DNA from: Sphyrna mokarran
Taxonomy: Eukaryota
DNA length: 64,000 bases
Assembly (NCBI GenBank): GCA_024679065.1
Contig: JAGIQG010000008.1
Location: 92,380,001 to 92,444,000, forward strand
Direction of reading: 5' to 3'
Both the position numbers and the translations under genes were made by a program. The notes beneath the pieces were generated by a model. The model saw only the letters and a list, made by a program, of their open reading frames with translations. It ran no database searches and was not told the DNA's origin. Positions within the stretch are counted from its first letter, which is position 1, and each line of letters starts with the position of its first letter. Below, piece after piece: positions 62,201 through 64,000 of the stretch.

Positions 62201-62825
62201 AAATTAGACAGATCCCCATGGTGAGTGTGTTGGTAGATCCTGTGCTTTGAGGTGATAGATGCATGTCAAGACCTAATGCACTTGGCAATAGTCTTCTTTT
62301 TCCTGAACTTCTTAGATCCCTATCATCTTGAGACATGGTGGAAGGGTATGTGGGAGACTCGGGAGCTGTATAAGTAATCTCCTACCCATTAAGAGTTCCG
62401 ACTGAGCCAAACCATCCTACAATAATGTAGACCAGGAACTTATAAGGCCAGGTTATTATCATAATTTTTCTTCAACAAGGATTTGACAGTACGGACCTCT
62501 CTTTTGGCCTTTCCATTGTCCTGTGAGTACCTAAGTGCCTGGTGATGTAGATGAAGAATTATATCTCTGTGAAGCATTTGAAGTCATTGGCAAACTGGGA
62601 GCTGTTATCAGATACGACCAAATTGGGGATGCATAAGTGTCAAAAATTGCATTGAGTACTGCTATTGAGATGGATCCATAACTTTGATCCAGTGTGTGTT
62701 TAATGTTTGAAGAATAAAAGGTCTATTCTGAGGTATTCCCTTGGTGGAGATGGGAGGAGGATGCATCACCGGTTCCTTGTGGTCTTGTCTTTTGATGGAA
62801 TAAGTAGTATAATTGGAAATCATGT

Positions 62826-62949
62826 CCAGAATTTTACTGCCCTGCCTGTCCAAGGATTGTAAAATCCCACCTGAGGCCAATGAAGAATGACGTTCAGCGA
62901 GCTTTGCCCATCCACTTCTGGAGCGGGCAAGGTGATAAAATTCCAGCCC
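62826..62949. mobile_element. ~125-bp MITE family A
   Basis: ccagaattttactgccc ... gataaaattccagccc. Confidence 0.7.
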
Positions 62950-63049
62950 ATATCTTCAATAGCTCTGGGGTGCTCCACCACCATCTGAAATTGTGGGTGC
63001 TAGCTGAGTACTGGATGGTATGTTATTGGCCCTGGTATAACTAAGGACG

Positions 63050-63485
63050 AAGAACAAAGAACAAAACAGCACGGAAAACAGGCCCTTTGGCCCAATGAGC
63101 TCACGCTGCCGCCTCGATGTTCCCACTTCCACCCATGATCCCTGTCTATGTTTATTAAAATCTGCATTGGAACCAAATTTGCAAGACAATTTAGGGAGAA
63201 TTTGGTTTACCAATCAGCCTAAGAGCATATTTTTGGGATGTGGGAGGAAATCGGAGTACCTGGAGAAAACCCACACAAGCACGGGAAGAATGCACAAACT
63301 CCCACAGACACAAGCCCAAATCCATGTATCTGCACAGCACAGCGATAGTCACTGAGCTGTCGCGTTGCCCATCAACTGGTCCAGTTCAAGCATACACTAG
63401 TGACGTGAAGCACTAGGCTACTTTAGAAGCAACATCCAAGAGCTTCTAGACCCATCGTGTGTATACCCCTGTTGGACAATGTCTG
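63050..63485 (-). mobile_element. Second copy of the CR1 3' UTR / V-SINE chimera seen at 15411-15881
   Basis: Shares the tail, cagcctaagagc, V-domain, cagcgatagtcactgagctgtc and caacatccaagagct with 15420-15845. Confidence 0.85.
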
Positions 63486-63582
63486 GCTTGAAGACGTTGA
63501 AGGAGTTCAGTCATTGTAGACTAACAAGTCACCCATTAGCCCAAGGTGAAGATCTGTTTAAAGTAATACTTGAGATTACAAT

Positions 63583-63707
63583 GGGTGGGATTTTCCAGCC
63601 GCACTTGCCCCAAGACTGCAAAGTTCCACCCGAGCTCAATGGATCTTTGAACAGTCTGCCTGACACCTGCTACGATTCCCGTGACAAGCAGGATGGGAAA
63701 ATTCTGA
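63583..63707. mobile_element. ~125-bp MITE family A
   Basis: gggtgggattttccagccgc ... gggaaaattctg. Confidence 0.7.
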
Positions 63708-64000
63708 ATAATCGCTTGGAACATATGGCATCACTTTCAGAGTAAAATGTTATGCTGTTTCTTCTGAGTTGAACTAGCAGTCTGCATTTGGTTTCTGTCC
63801 TGATTGTATTTCTCAAGCTCTGAATTACAGTTTTGCTGCATATTTTGTCTCTTCCAGCCCCTTGATGTGCCTGTTTTCATTGTGGCCTGTCTTTCAGCTT
63901 CCTCCTGTGCTCTTGTATGGCTTCTTGCATTTTGCGTTTCCTCTCTTACACCCTCCAGCATTCCTTGCAGTTTGTTATTGGTCACTGGTAAACCATTCTC

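Noticed and set aside
62535-62636. VPGDVDEELYLCEAFEVIGKLG, vaguely like the RBM17/SPF45 UHM start
   Set aside because: Short, low similarity, flanked by stops and without splice signals
63737-63985. 82-aa minus-strand ORF at the window edge
   Set aside because: Purine-rich compositional ORF with no recognisable homology and no support for an exon

Overview
Eukaryotic, repeat-rich, gene-poor DNA from a cartilaginous fish. The HE1/V-SINE, CR1 (HER1-like) and Rex1/Babar repertoire points to a shark, and the window reads like a large intron or intergenic region. No intact protein-coding gene is supported: nearly all long ORFs are LINE reverse-transcriptase fragments or SINE/low-complexity artefacts. 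The one recognisable host-gene homology is a decayed CNOT6/CNOT6L (CCR4) fragment at 21189-21443, probably a retrocopy. Other points of interest are a CR1 whose 3' UTR appears to contain a captured V-SINE (two copies), two almost identical CR1 3' ends truncated at the same point, and a PIF/Harbinger-type non-autonomous element with perfect 18-bp TIRs and a TTA TSD plus many related MITEs. The window also has solo LTRs, Penelope-type palindromic remnants, a tRNA-Val pseudogene, a candidate 12-nt micro-exon and several repeat-free blocks that may be conserved non-coding elements. All calls were made by eye, and repeat boundaries are approximate unless TIR/TSD coordinates are stated.
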